The notes: a model not told the origin generated them from the sequence alone. A stretch of 64,000 bases of DNA from an uncultured Verrucomicrobiota bacterium (GCA_964654645.1 CAZZJO010000034.1:42086-106085), one strand, 5' to 3'. Counted from the first letter of the stretch, positions 18,140 through 26,308 are shown. Made by a program: numbers and translations.

Positions 18140-21100
18140 TTACCAGTCCAGTACCGGGGTTCGCAGTTTAAGAAAATTTTTTATTTTTTCTGCTTCTGTG
18201 GTTCCGAGGGTTGTTTCTTGGATATCGATGTATCTTGGGCGGAGGTTAATAACAGCTGGCAGAGCGTGATGGTTGTGGCTAATTAGTAGGTAAAGTTGTC
18301 TGGTTTGCGTGTCTAGGGCTGGAGTGAACGAGTAGGAGGGCCAGTTGGACACTATTTGCGTTAAGAGGGTTATATCCATCGTAGCCACGTACTGTAGGAG
18401 CTTTTCGCGGAGTTCCCGTGGCAATTTTGTCTTTAGCCCTTGTGTTAATCGGTCAAGCAAAAGACGTTCAACGTCGCATTCTATTGGGTTCAGGTCTATG
18501 TTTCTAAATTGGACTAGTATTGGATAGTTTTCTTGGGGTCGGAAAGCCTCCCGGAAAAATGGTGAGAGCCAAAGGGTAAGAAGGTCTTTGTTTATGGTTT
18601 GATTTAGGTAAAGTGCTTGAGGGGTACCGTATGCTTCGTAACCAGCCGATATTAATGATCCGTCGACGAATTTGTAGTCAAACTTAAGTAAGTTGAAATG
18701 GTGAAGGAACTTTTGGATGAGTGCTGAATCTGTTTGCTCTTCGGACGTGCCGGTAGCACTGCTAATGAGAATTTCGGGGATGTTGGTAGTAACAATTTGC
18801 GGTGAGTATCCGCGACATTGAATTACAAGCTTGGGGGTGCTTTTTGATTCCCGAAGTTGGACTTGATGGACTAAATTAAATAGGGTGCTTGGGTTCAAGG
18901 GGTTTAATACATCGGCCATCCCAGCTGGATTTGCCGGGTTGTGTATGCCTGCGATTGATAGATTCTCTGCTTCAAGTTCTTGCATTAAGAATACACCAAA
19001 TTCGAGGGTATTCATTTCAAATAAGGGCCGTGGTACCTCAATAATGTATGGTTGCCGTTTGCCGGCTCTGAATACGTATGTGCCCCAGTACTTTTTTACG
19101 GGGGATTCATCCGGTTCGGTAACCACAATGTATGGGGACTGGGTTTGTAAATCCCAAATGGAAAATACCCTGTAACCTATTACGTTAGCAGACAGATTGA
19201 GCGCAACCAACATCTGGTTGTGGAGGAGTTCTGCTCCAAATTCCTTCCCGCTTACTAAGTCCATCAGAGGTGTAAGCACTTCTTTATCGATGTAGAGTAA
19301 TTGTGCAGGAGTGGGAGCTTGATATAAACCGGTTCCTCGTTTGGGCAGATTACGTTTTTGCTCTAAGAGCCAAGCGGCGAGTGAATTGGTAAGCGCCATA
19401 GTTTGTTGGTACGAGGCGAGAGTCCGAGTTGCAAATTTAGCCCTTAATGTATTTGCATCCTTTTTACTGAGCCACAATTCCGCAAAGCCACCGCGTGAGA
19501 TTTTTTGTTGGACGTTTGGCGGGGGGCCCGGTTGCCAGACCAATTGTATCTCTGTTTCAACAAGCTCCTGCAGTTTTTTAAGCGGGAGATCTTTAGGTAA
19601 TTGCATTTTGATCCATAAAAAAGTAGTTTGCTGCTCCCCACTGCGTGAGCCAAGTTGCGAGGAATCAATGGGACAACGAATTTGGAGAGTATTACCTCGT
19701 CCGAAGTTTTGATGAAATACGTGGAAGAATGTGTACGGGTTGGCCAGAATGTCTGAGGATCGATCTTTGTTTACAAAGCGTCCTGTGCTACTAATAGCAA
19801 GGGCTCCACAATCTAACGTGGAAAATAACTCTATGCCTGCTTCCATTGTGGACCATTCATCCAATGGGGCGGGTACAGAAATTAGGAGGCCTTCTGGATT
19901 GTTGAGGTTAATGATAAAGTGGCCCCATCCTTGATTCTGGCCATCTTCGTGAATCCAAAGGAATTTGGATTCGATCGTTTCTATAGTATAGTGGACCTGC
20001 TCCAAAAGACTTTGGACTTCTTCGAGTAATTCAGGTTGGCCAGTTTGGAGGTATTTTTTGAGTTGTTCCATAGCGCTACGGAAATAGTTAAGCTGGGCAG
20101 GGGTAGGCGGTGAGTAGGTTTCAGGGATAAGCTTCTGGTACATGTCTACTTTTTCGTTGAGGAGGGTATGCTGTAAGTCTCCTTTAACGAGTTTGAGGGG
20201 GGCAGTTACACGAGGGGGGCGTGGTGTCGCTAGTGGTAATGAGCCAAAAACCATAGCGAGCCATAAGCCCAAAAAGTTTGCCCCAATAGCGGCAAGCAAG
20301 GCTGTTTGAAGCACAGACCTAGTAAGACGGATCGGGATTTGTTTGCTATGCATTTTTATGGCAATGAGGCTAGAAAGGAGGTATGCAAAACCGTAGTAAT
20401 CGCTAATGGTAATTCCTGGGGCAACATGTGGGAGGATGTATCCGAGGCATAAACGGTAAAAGTAAGCAACGTTAAAGAACAAGAGGACCTTCCGTGGCCC
20501 TTCCATTGTTAAGCCACTAAAGAGTGGGGTGCGTAGAAGCCAAGAGCTGATAAATAGAGTAACAAACGCTTCAGTGACAGTACTTAATATTCTTACTGGT
20601 TCGTACCAGAGCAATCCCAAGAGAGCAGGGATTAAAATCCCGCTATAATCAAGACCGTACCTGAGGTTCATTCGGGATGCAATAAAGCCTGCGATAAGGA
20701 GGATAATGTAGGACTTAGGACTGGCGGCAAGTGAAGCTGCCACGTCCGAATACATGTAGGCTATGTGGCCTATCGTAAAGTTAGTCAAGGTCATTAACCC
20801 ATATCGAACGATAAGGTAGGTGATCCCAGTTGTGATAATGAAAGGTGGTAAGCCTCGCCATAAACCGCTTTTCCAAAATTGATTTGCAATCAACGCTGAA
20901 ACGACTAACCCAAAGCTCCTAAACCATTCCTTATAATCAAGGGTAAGTCCTAGCTGGCTTTGCATCCATTGTGCTAGGTGTGGTAATGCATATCCGTCCA
21001 CAGTAACCCTGACAAATACAGCGCTGAGCAAAAGTGCGAAAAATCTGTCTCGCCCGAAAAAGCTGCACCAGGGTGCAAAGCGGGGCAAGCATTCTGACAC

Positions 21101-21343
21101 AAGCCAAACTAAGCTATAAGCAATGATACCTTCTACCACCGTTATTATCGCGCAGATTGGGTTCAAGTATATAAGTGGCACGAGATAGCCTGGGACAACC
21201 AACCCAGAATATGTCCATCCGAAACGCAGGTTTAAAAGGGAAATTACGATAACCCCTATCCAAACTGTAGTGACGACAGATTCACGTAAGCTTCCTTCAG
21301 GGAATATTGGGATAGGGAAAAGGTCCATATAGAGGTGAGCCAA
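18140..21343 (-). CDS. 1067-aa fusion: two tandem PgsC/CapC-like membrane domains, an extra TM helix, and a duplicated ~200-260-aa soluble module
   Basis: aa ~25-185 carry SGLVVPGYLVPL, FGRDRFFALLL and FRSFGLVVSALIANQFWKSGL. These match PgsC GLVVPGYLGLV, YGRRKFAAMLI and FRGIGIIVPGLIANTIQKQGL (recalled). A second, more divergent copy spans aa ~210-340 (YSGILIPALLGL, GPRKVLLFF, YLLSSLIAIKMHSKQ). The start is TTG at 21343 or ATG at 21328. Confidence 0.8.
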   Translation of the reverse strand: MAHLYMDLFPIPIFPEGSLRESVVTTVWIGVIVISLLNLRFGWTYSGLVVPGYLVPLIYLNPICAIITVVEGIIAYSLVWLVSECLPRFAPWCSFFGRDRFFALLLSAVFVRVTVDGYALPHLAQWMQSQLGLTLDYKEWFRSFGLVVSALIANQFWKSGLWRGLPPFIITTGITYLIVRYGLMTLTNFTIGHIAYMYSDVAASLAASPKSYIILLIAGFIASRMNLRYGLDYSGILIPALLGLLWYEPVRILSTVTEAFVTLFISSWLLRTPLFSGLTMEGPRKVLLFFNVAYFYRLCLGYILPHVAPGITISDYYGFAYLLSSLIAIKMHSKQIPIRLTRSVLQTALLAAIGANFLGLWLAMVFGSLPLATPRPPRVTAPLKLVKGDLQHTLLNEKVDMYQKLIPETYSPPTPAQLNYFRSAMEQLKKYLQTGQPELLEEVQSLLEQVHYTIETIESKFLWIHEDGQNQGWGHFIINLNNPEGLLISVPAPLDEWSTMEAGIELFSTLDCGALAISSTGRFVNKDRSSDILANPYTFFHVFHQNFGRGNTLQIRCPIDSSQLGSRSGEQQTTFLWIKMQLPKDLPLKKLQELVETEIQLVWQPGPPPNVQQKISRGGFAELWLSKKDANTLRAKFATRTLASYQQTMALTNSLAAWLLEQKRNLPKRGTGLYQAPTPAQLLYIDKEVLTPLMDLVSGKEFGAELLHNQMLVALNLSANVIGYRVFSIWDLQTQSPYIVVTEPDESPVKKYWGTYVFRAGKRQPYIIEVPRPLFEMNTLEFGVFLMQELEAENLSIAGIHNPANPAGMADVLNPLNPSTLFNLVHQVQLRESKSTPKLVIQCRGYSPQIVTTNIPEILISSATGTSEEQTDSALIQKFLHHFNLLKFDYKFVDGSLISAGYEAYGTPQALYLNQTINKDLLTLWLSPFFREAFRPQENYPILVQFRNIDLNPIECDVERLLLDRLTQGLKTKLPRELREKLLQYVATMDITLLTQIVSNWPSYSFTPALDTQTRQLYLLISHNHHALPAVINLRPRYIDIQETTLGTTEAEKIKNFLKLRTPVLDW

Positions 21344-21442
21344 TTTAAGTAACAGTTACCAGTAAGCGGAGCTTCTGGGTAGGTGTCAAACCAGTTTGTG
21401 AGTCATTACTTCTTAGTAAAAGCTCACCGCGAATGCCTTCTA

Positions 21443-22117
21443 CTATGTGGATGGGTGCGGTTTTTTTATTAGTTCGTAAATTTTTTCGGCTAATTGTTTT
21501 GGATGGACTGGTTTGTTCAAAAAAAGCTCTACTCCCAAAGCTGCTGCTTTTTGTTTTATCTTTGGGTCCTCCACGGTTGTAAAAACCAGAATGGGGCTTG
21601 AGTTTTGATATTCTTGCCTTAGCCATTGGATGAATCGTAGACCGTCCATTACCGGCATTAGTAAGTCTACCAAAATTATGTCGGGTTGTCTCTTCTTAAT
21701 TATTTCTTGGGCAGCGCGCCCGTGTTCAGCAAATATGCAATCGAACCCATTGGACCCAAGGGCTTTTTCAAGTAAACAACGCAAAACGGCGTCGTCTTCC
21801 ACGATTAGCACTAGTTTCCGCTCGTTTTTTTCTGGGTTGGCGGAAATCATTCCTCCGGCATGGGTTGATTCAAAAGAACTAGCACCGAGTGGCTGAGATT
21901 TACTTTCAGGTGATTTTACATCGGTTGTGCTTTCATTAGTATTAGCTTGAGCTGGTGGGGAGGGAAGATTAATTGTGTCCAGCTTTTGGACATTCTCTGC
22001 CCTTTCTTTAGACGAGGCACTACACGGCAGACTTTCGCTTTTTGCCGCTACTCCCATGTTGTGTTTGGCTTTTTTATGTTTATCCAAAAGGGTTTGATCT
22101 TCAAACTTGTTGCTCAT
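21443..22117 (-). CDS. Response regulator, receiver domain only, with a ~95-aa low-complexity N-terminal extension
   Basis: KLVLIVEDDAVLRCLL...PDIILVDLLMPVMDG...LFLNKP carries the canonical acidic pocket, phospho-acceptor Asp and conserved Lys. No output domain is present. The start codon is uncertain (M1 or M21). Confidence 0.8.
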   Translation of the reverse strand: MSNKFEDQTLLDKHKKAKHNMGVAAKSESLPCSASSKERAENVQKLDTINLPSPPAQANTNESTTDVKSPESKSQPLGASSFESTHAGGMISANPEKNERKLVLIVEDDAVLRCLLEKALGSNGFDCIFAEHGRAAQEIIKKRQPDIILVDLLMPVMDGLRFIQWLRQEYQNSSPILVFTTVEDPKIKQKAAALGVELFLNKPVHPKQLAEKIYELIKKPHPST

Positions 22118-22150
22118 ACGCCCAGCCTTTCCGCTACGTTTTAGTGCTGG

Positions 22151-22202
22151 GAATTCAAACCCACGTCCACTCTCCCACCGTTACCCACCGAGTTTCGAAT
22201 TC
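22151..22202 (-). promoter_or_regulatory. Structured or repeat element in the leader of the response-regulator gene
   Basis: GAATTCAAAC (22151-22160) and GTTTCGAATTC (22192-22202) form a 10-bp inverted repeat with one bulge. They enclose a direct repeat CCCACCG-TTA-CCCACCG (22174-22180 and 22184-22190). The element is G-rich on the sense strand and lies 34 nt upstream of the ORF start. Confidence 0.3.
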
Positions 22203-22220
22203 TTTTTTACACCCAATTAA

Positions 22221-22249
22221 AATATGTCCTATGATCAATTCTTTGCCAA
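22221..22249 (-). promoter_or_regulatory. Candidate sigma70-like promoter for the response regulator and possibly the downstream operon
   Basis: On the minus strand: TTGGCA (22249-22244), a 17-nt spacer, then CATATT (22226-22221). Promoter consensus in this lineage is unknown. Confidence 0.25.
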
Positions 22250-22316
22250 ACACAAACTCAAGCAAACACAATGCCTTTTGTAGGTTTTTCTAATTTTTGG
22301 GGTTTAGTTAGGCGTA

Positions 22317-25013
22317 CTAGGCTTGCTTTGAGATTGTTTGGAATAAACGTAGTTTTAAGGAGATCAAATAACCTTTGCCCACAGTGCTTTTTATATCAAT
22401 TGCTCCGCCCCAATCGCGTACCCAAATAGTTGCATTCCGTAGGAGTCTAAACTCTTCGGAAGTGGGATCATCAGGCGATGTTAAGATATCACGCAAAAAT
22501 TCCTCGGGCATCCCAGAGCCTGAGTTAGAGAAGGTGAACGTAACGGTTGTGCCTTCGTCTCGGATTTGAATACAGATCTCGGAATTTTCGGCAGCATCTG
22601 CAATGAGTAGTCGCAGTATTCCATCGAAAGTTGTTGTTAACTCTACTGGATTTGCTAGTACTTGGACCATGACTTGTGGTGAGTCGATTTTGAAGTTTAT
22701 TCCTGATTCTGCTGCTTTCGGAGTAAGTTGCGTGCAGACTAATTCAAGAGTTGTTAGGGCATCAATGGGAAAAAGCTTCATTGAAGAGGTGTCGACGCGT
22801 GGGCTTAGATATTTTTGGCATTCCCGAAGGATTTGAACACAGGTATCAACTTTTTGTTGTATAGTTTCTAACAAGGCAGTCCGTTCTGATGGTTGGGTAG
22901 AATCAGATTCCAAAAGTGCGGCTGCGAGCTTAATAGCGGACAGGTGATTTCTAAGGTCCACACCGAGTCTGTCCGCTACTATACCTTTTAAGCTTGCCAA
23001 TGTTGCCAGCGAGGTAGTTTCAATTAACTCGCATATAATACCCCTAATATTTGCATGTGCATACTTGAGATGGGTTTCGCGTGGATTGACCAATGGGTAA
23101 ACCCGGAGGAGAAATTGTCGATCTTCTTGTGAGGGTAAAGTAAGGGATCGAGACGCGCTGGAATGTTCAATCAAGACGTTTTGCAAAACCGTCCTTGCTT
23201 CATTGGCATTTTGATCTAAAAGCCAGGTAAGAAGTTCGAATGCGGTGAATCGTTCGGTAGGGAAATTAGCTTGCATGAGAAGCTGTTTTGCGGGTGCATT
23301 GATTTTAACCAGGCGTCCCCAAAAGTCGAATACAAAGGTGGGTATGCTTATTTGTTCGTATACGATTTCAAGGATTTCGTAGTATTGAGCAAGGGACTCG
23401 GTGGCTCTTACCAACTCGCTGTAGACGGGGTTGTTGGTTTCACTTGCAAGCCAATTTGTAAGCCGAACCCCAAACTTCGGCCGCTGCTTCTCTGCTTTGT
23501 TTGTGTAGATTGTTCGTGCAATTTCGTATGAGAGGCGCAAAAGAAGTGGTTCTAGTTTTCGGGGTGGCACTAGTCGGATTTTTTCTAGTCTGACGATCCA
23601 AATACCGATGAGTTTTCCGTCGTAAATTAGAGGGCAAATAAAATCGGTCTCCATTTCTTGGGCAGGGCCAAGGATCTTGTGCGCTAATGTTGGTGATTGG
23701 TTAGCTATAGCTTGTTTATAAACTTGGGAACCGAGATCAAGATACTCAGGGGCTAAATTGTCATCTCTAAAGTTGTAGAATTTGGTGGGAATCAATTTTT
23801 GGGTTTCTCCATTTCGCTCGAGTACCACAAAACGCTTCAGGTTAAAATTTTCTTTTAAGAATGAGGCCAGGCGGTCCCACCAACCGTTGGGGGACACATT
23901 TTTTTGAACGCCAACGCGATCTTCAATTGCGCTAATGGTTCGGAGGCGAAGTTCGTTAATAGCAAGTTGGGCTAATCGGTTTTTGTGAGCCAGTTCTAAC
24001 GTTGATTGGATAAGTATGGCTAAACACAGAGAACCGGAGGGTAACCAATAGTTGGCATACGCAAGAAGCGCCAAGCTTGTTAAAAGTGTAGAGACTATCA
24101 AAAGAAAGGTGGTTCTTAATATTGTCCATCCGCCCATGTGGGTAGATGTGAGTGATGTGGCAAACGTTATGCCCACTATTACAATAAAAAGTAGAATACC
24201 TTTTAGCTCACCGATTATTGAATGTGAGGCTAACGTATGGAGTGCGTATGCTTGGAATTCCACAAGACTCATTGCGTTTTTATTGCGGGCAAGTGGAGTT
24301 TCGATGCTTTTCAACGTAGGGTCCATCCCAATAAGCACAATTTTGTCTTTAACCAAGCTTGGTAGCAGATCCTTTTGTATTACGCGCGCGATGTCTAAAT
24401 TAGGAATTTGTCCGTATATTTTGAAGTTGACTAGAAACGAAGGCGGGAGCGGGAAATTAGAAACATTTCGCATGGATAATAGCGCTGCTTTGGCTTCCAG
24501 AGTAAGTGCATTCGTGCCGGTGATGTTTAACCCAGTGAATTGTTTTCTATAAACGCCGGCTTCCGGAGGGGCGAGATATACGGCGCCCCAATGTAAGTTT
24601 AACCCTGTTGCTTGGGCAGGCCAGGGCGCGAGCTCGAATCGGTCAGGGTCTTCAGGAACAGCGGATGCGAGCCTGCCAAAAACCACAACTTGTAGCTGAG
24701 CAGCGTATTCAAAAAAGTCCCGGCTACATTGTGTTGGCACGAAGTTAAACGCAACAACACGGGCGTTGGCTCCCATAAGGGTTTCTAGGAGTTGGATAGC
24801 TTCCTTATCGCTGAGTTGTTGTGGATCATTCACTCGGATAAAGACTACGGTGGGGGTCTGGTCGCTAACTCGGGCAGCAAACATTAATGCGGTGTCGTAG
24901 AAAAAACCATTGAGGCTAGAGAGCCACCCTGCCTGGGTCAAAATGTAGATTAAGAGGGCTACAAAGATTGGCCCTACTAACCAAGGTCTTTTTGTTTTTC
25001 CCAAAGAAGTCAT
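22317..25013 (-). CDS. CHASE2-domain sensor histidine kinase (CHASE2, TM helices, GAF-like, PAS-like, HisKA, HATPase)
   Basis: N-terminal TM helix, then a ~250-aa extracytoplasmic region followed by three TM helices, which is the CHASE2 layout. H-box VDLRNHLSAIKLAAALLES. C-terminal ATPase-like region ending GGAIDIKSTVGKGYLISLKL. The G1 box is degenerate (SNSGSGMP). Confidence 0.75.
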   Translation of the reverse strand: MTSLGKTKRPWLVGPIFVALLIYILTQAGWLSSLNGFFYDTALMFAARVSDQTPTVVFIRVNDPQQLSDKEAIQLLETLMGANARVVAFNFVPTQCSRDFFEYAAQLQVVVFGRLASAVPEDPDRFELAPWPAQATGLNLHWGAVYLAPPEAGVYRKQFTGLNITGTNALTLEAKAALLSMRNVSNFPLPPSFLVNFKIYGQIPNLDIARVIQKDLLPSLVKDKIVLIGMDPTLKSIETPLARNKNAMSLVEFQAYALHTLASHSIIGELKGILLFIVIVGITFATSLTSTHMGGWTILRTTFLLIVSTLLTSLALLAYANYWLPSGSLCLAILIQSTLELAHKNRLAQLAINELRLRTISAIEDRVGVQKNVSPNGWWDRLASFLKENFNLKRFVVLERNGETQKLIPTKFYNFRDDNLAPEYLDLGSQVYKQAIANQSPTLAHKILGPAQEMETDFICPLIYDGKLIGIWIVRLEKIRLVPPRKLEPLLLRLSYEIARTIYTNKAEKQRPKFGVRLTNWLASETNNPVYSELVRATESLAQYYEILEIVYEQISIPTFVFDFWGRLVKINAPAKQLLMQANFPTERFTAFELLTWLLDQNANEARTVLQNVLIEHSSASRSLTLPSQEDRQFLLRVYPLVNPRETHLKYAHANIRGIICELIETTSLATLASLKGIVADRLGVDLRNHLSAIKLAAALLESDSTQPSERTALLETIQQKVDTCVQILRECQKYLSPRVDTSSMKLFPIDALTTLELVCTQLTPKAAESGINFKIDSPQVMVQVLANPVELTTTFDGILRLLIADAAENSEICIQIRDEGTTVTFTFSNSGSGMPEEFLRDILTSPDDPTSEEFRLLRNATIWVRDWGGAIDIKSTVGKGYLISLKLRLFQTISKQA

Positions 25014-25601
25014 TTACGAGATAAAACCTGGGTTGCGTGTATTCATTTCGGCGTTATCCTAGAAGCTTTGCCAGGCTATTTTCCCGCCGCTCCACATATT
25101 TAACAGGGGTTTTCCGTTGTGGCAATCAACGAGAACCTACTTCTCCATACTATATCCTTGGGTTTTGTGTTGGACAAGCCAAGTAGGCGCTTGAGTTTAT
25201 TATGGTTGCAAAAGTTAAAATATATATCTAGCGACTTTAACTGCGGTTTTAGTGCACAGGTATTTTATTGAATGGCATGTAAGGGTTAGTGGTACAGAAG
25301 TGGTGGAGGATCAAGGGAATCGTTCGATAACGCTTAGATTCGCAAATTCGGGCAGTGAAGTGCTAGGGTCTTCGCTAGAACCTTGGTTAGGAACCGGCAT
25401 TGATAGTGGTAAGGTAGGCATGTGTTGGGTGATTCTTGGCGGACCGGTACGGTTAACGAAATTGGGGACCTGAATTGGCATAGCCGGTCCCAAGCTTCTT
25501 CCTAGCGGGATTTTCAATGTATGTGGATTGGTTGAAAATAATTAGGGTTGCAAAATAGTTGTTAAAATGGATTCAGAATAGTTTGACTGAGGGAGAGGCT
25601 T

Positions 25602-26294
25602 TTATTCGATTGGATTGAACCGATAACCTATACCGCGGACGGTTTCGATGTAATGGGCAGCTGCGCCGAGTTTTTCCCGTAATCGGTGCATATGGGTATC
25701 GACTGTGCGTGTGTCAGTTGTGGGGTTGTATCCCCAAACTTGCTCCAAAAGTAATTCGCGTGTTACAACCCTGCCGGGGCGCTGGGCGAGCAGACGCAAA
25801 AGTTTAAATTCAGTAGGCGTGAGTTGAACAGGAGTGTTTGCTACGGTGACGATGTAACGGCTTAAATCGATCCGGAGTTTGCCCGCAGTTATTATTTCCG
25901 GTGTTTTTTCCGGTGGTTCATTCCGCTCGAGGACCTTTTTGATTCTGAGTATAAGTTCTCTGACGCTGAATGGTTTTGTGACGTAATCATCAGCACCGAG
26001 CTCAAGTCCGAGTACGCGGTCTAGTTCGGCATTTTTTGCGGTTAGCATAATGACCGGAATGTTAGATGTGTCTGGGTTTCTTCTTAAGATTTTAAACACT
26101 TCCAGACCATTAAGTTCTGGCAGCATTAGGTCAAGTATAATCAAGTCTGGCTTGAGTTCTCTGGCTTTTTTGAGGGCTTCCAGCCCGGACTCAGCAGTAG
26201 CCACGTCGAATTCGGCCTGTCGTAAATTGAACTCTAATAGCTCCAAGGTGTCGGGTTCATCGTCAACAACTAGAATTTTGCGTCTAGCTGCCAT
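25602..26294 (-). CDS. phoB: Phosphate regulon response regulator (OmpR/PhoB family)
   Basis: Receiver domain (KILVVDDEPD...DLIILDLMLPELNG...TAK) plus a winged-helix domain (LTPTEFKLLRLLAQRPGRVVTRELLLEQVWG...VDTHMHRLREKL...GIGYRF). Adjacent to phoU-pstBACS. Confidence 0.85.
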   Translation of the reverse strand: MAARRKILVVDDEPDTLELLEFNLRQAEFDVATAESGLEALKKARELKPDLIILDLMLPELNGLEVFKILRRNPDTSNIPVIMLTAKNAELDRVLGLELGADDYVTKPFSVRELILRIKKVLERNEPPEKTPEIITAGKLRIDLSRYIVTVANTPVQLTPTEFKLLRLLAQRPGRVVTRELLLEQVWGYNPTTDTRTVDTHMHRLREKLGAAAHYIETVRGIGYRFNPIE

Positions 26295-26308
26295 GGGGGT
26301 TAAAATAG

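Noticed and set aside
21345-21626. A 93-aa minus-strand ORF overlapping the 3' half of the response-regulator gene.
   Set aside because: It is out of frame with a CDS that has clear receiver-domain motifs. The sequence is low-complexity and basic, so it is probably spurious.
5094-25013. The idea that the polymer locus is a recently acquired genomic island.
   Set aside because: No flanking tRNA, integrase, transposase or direct repeats are visible. I cannot compute GC or codon statistics reliably by eye. A composition analysis would be needed.
25252-25517. Two mutually overlapping ORFs (73 aa on the plus strand, 68 aa on the minus strand) in the spacer upstream of the kinase gene.
   Set aside because: There are no recognisable motifs and no start context. 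Mutual overlap on opposite strands is typical of random ORFs. The region is kept as a regulatory or ncRNA candidate instead.
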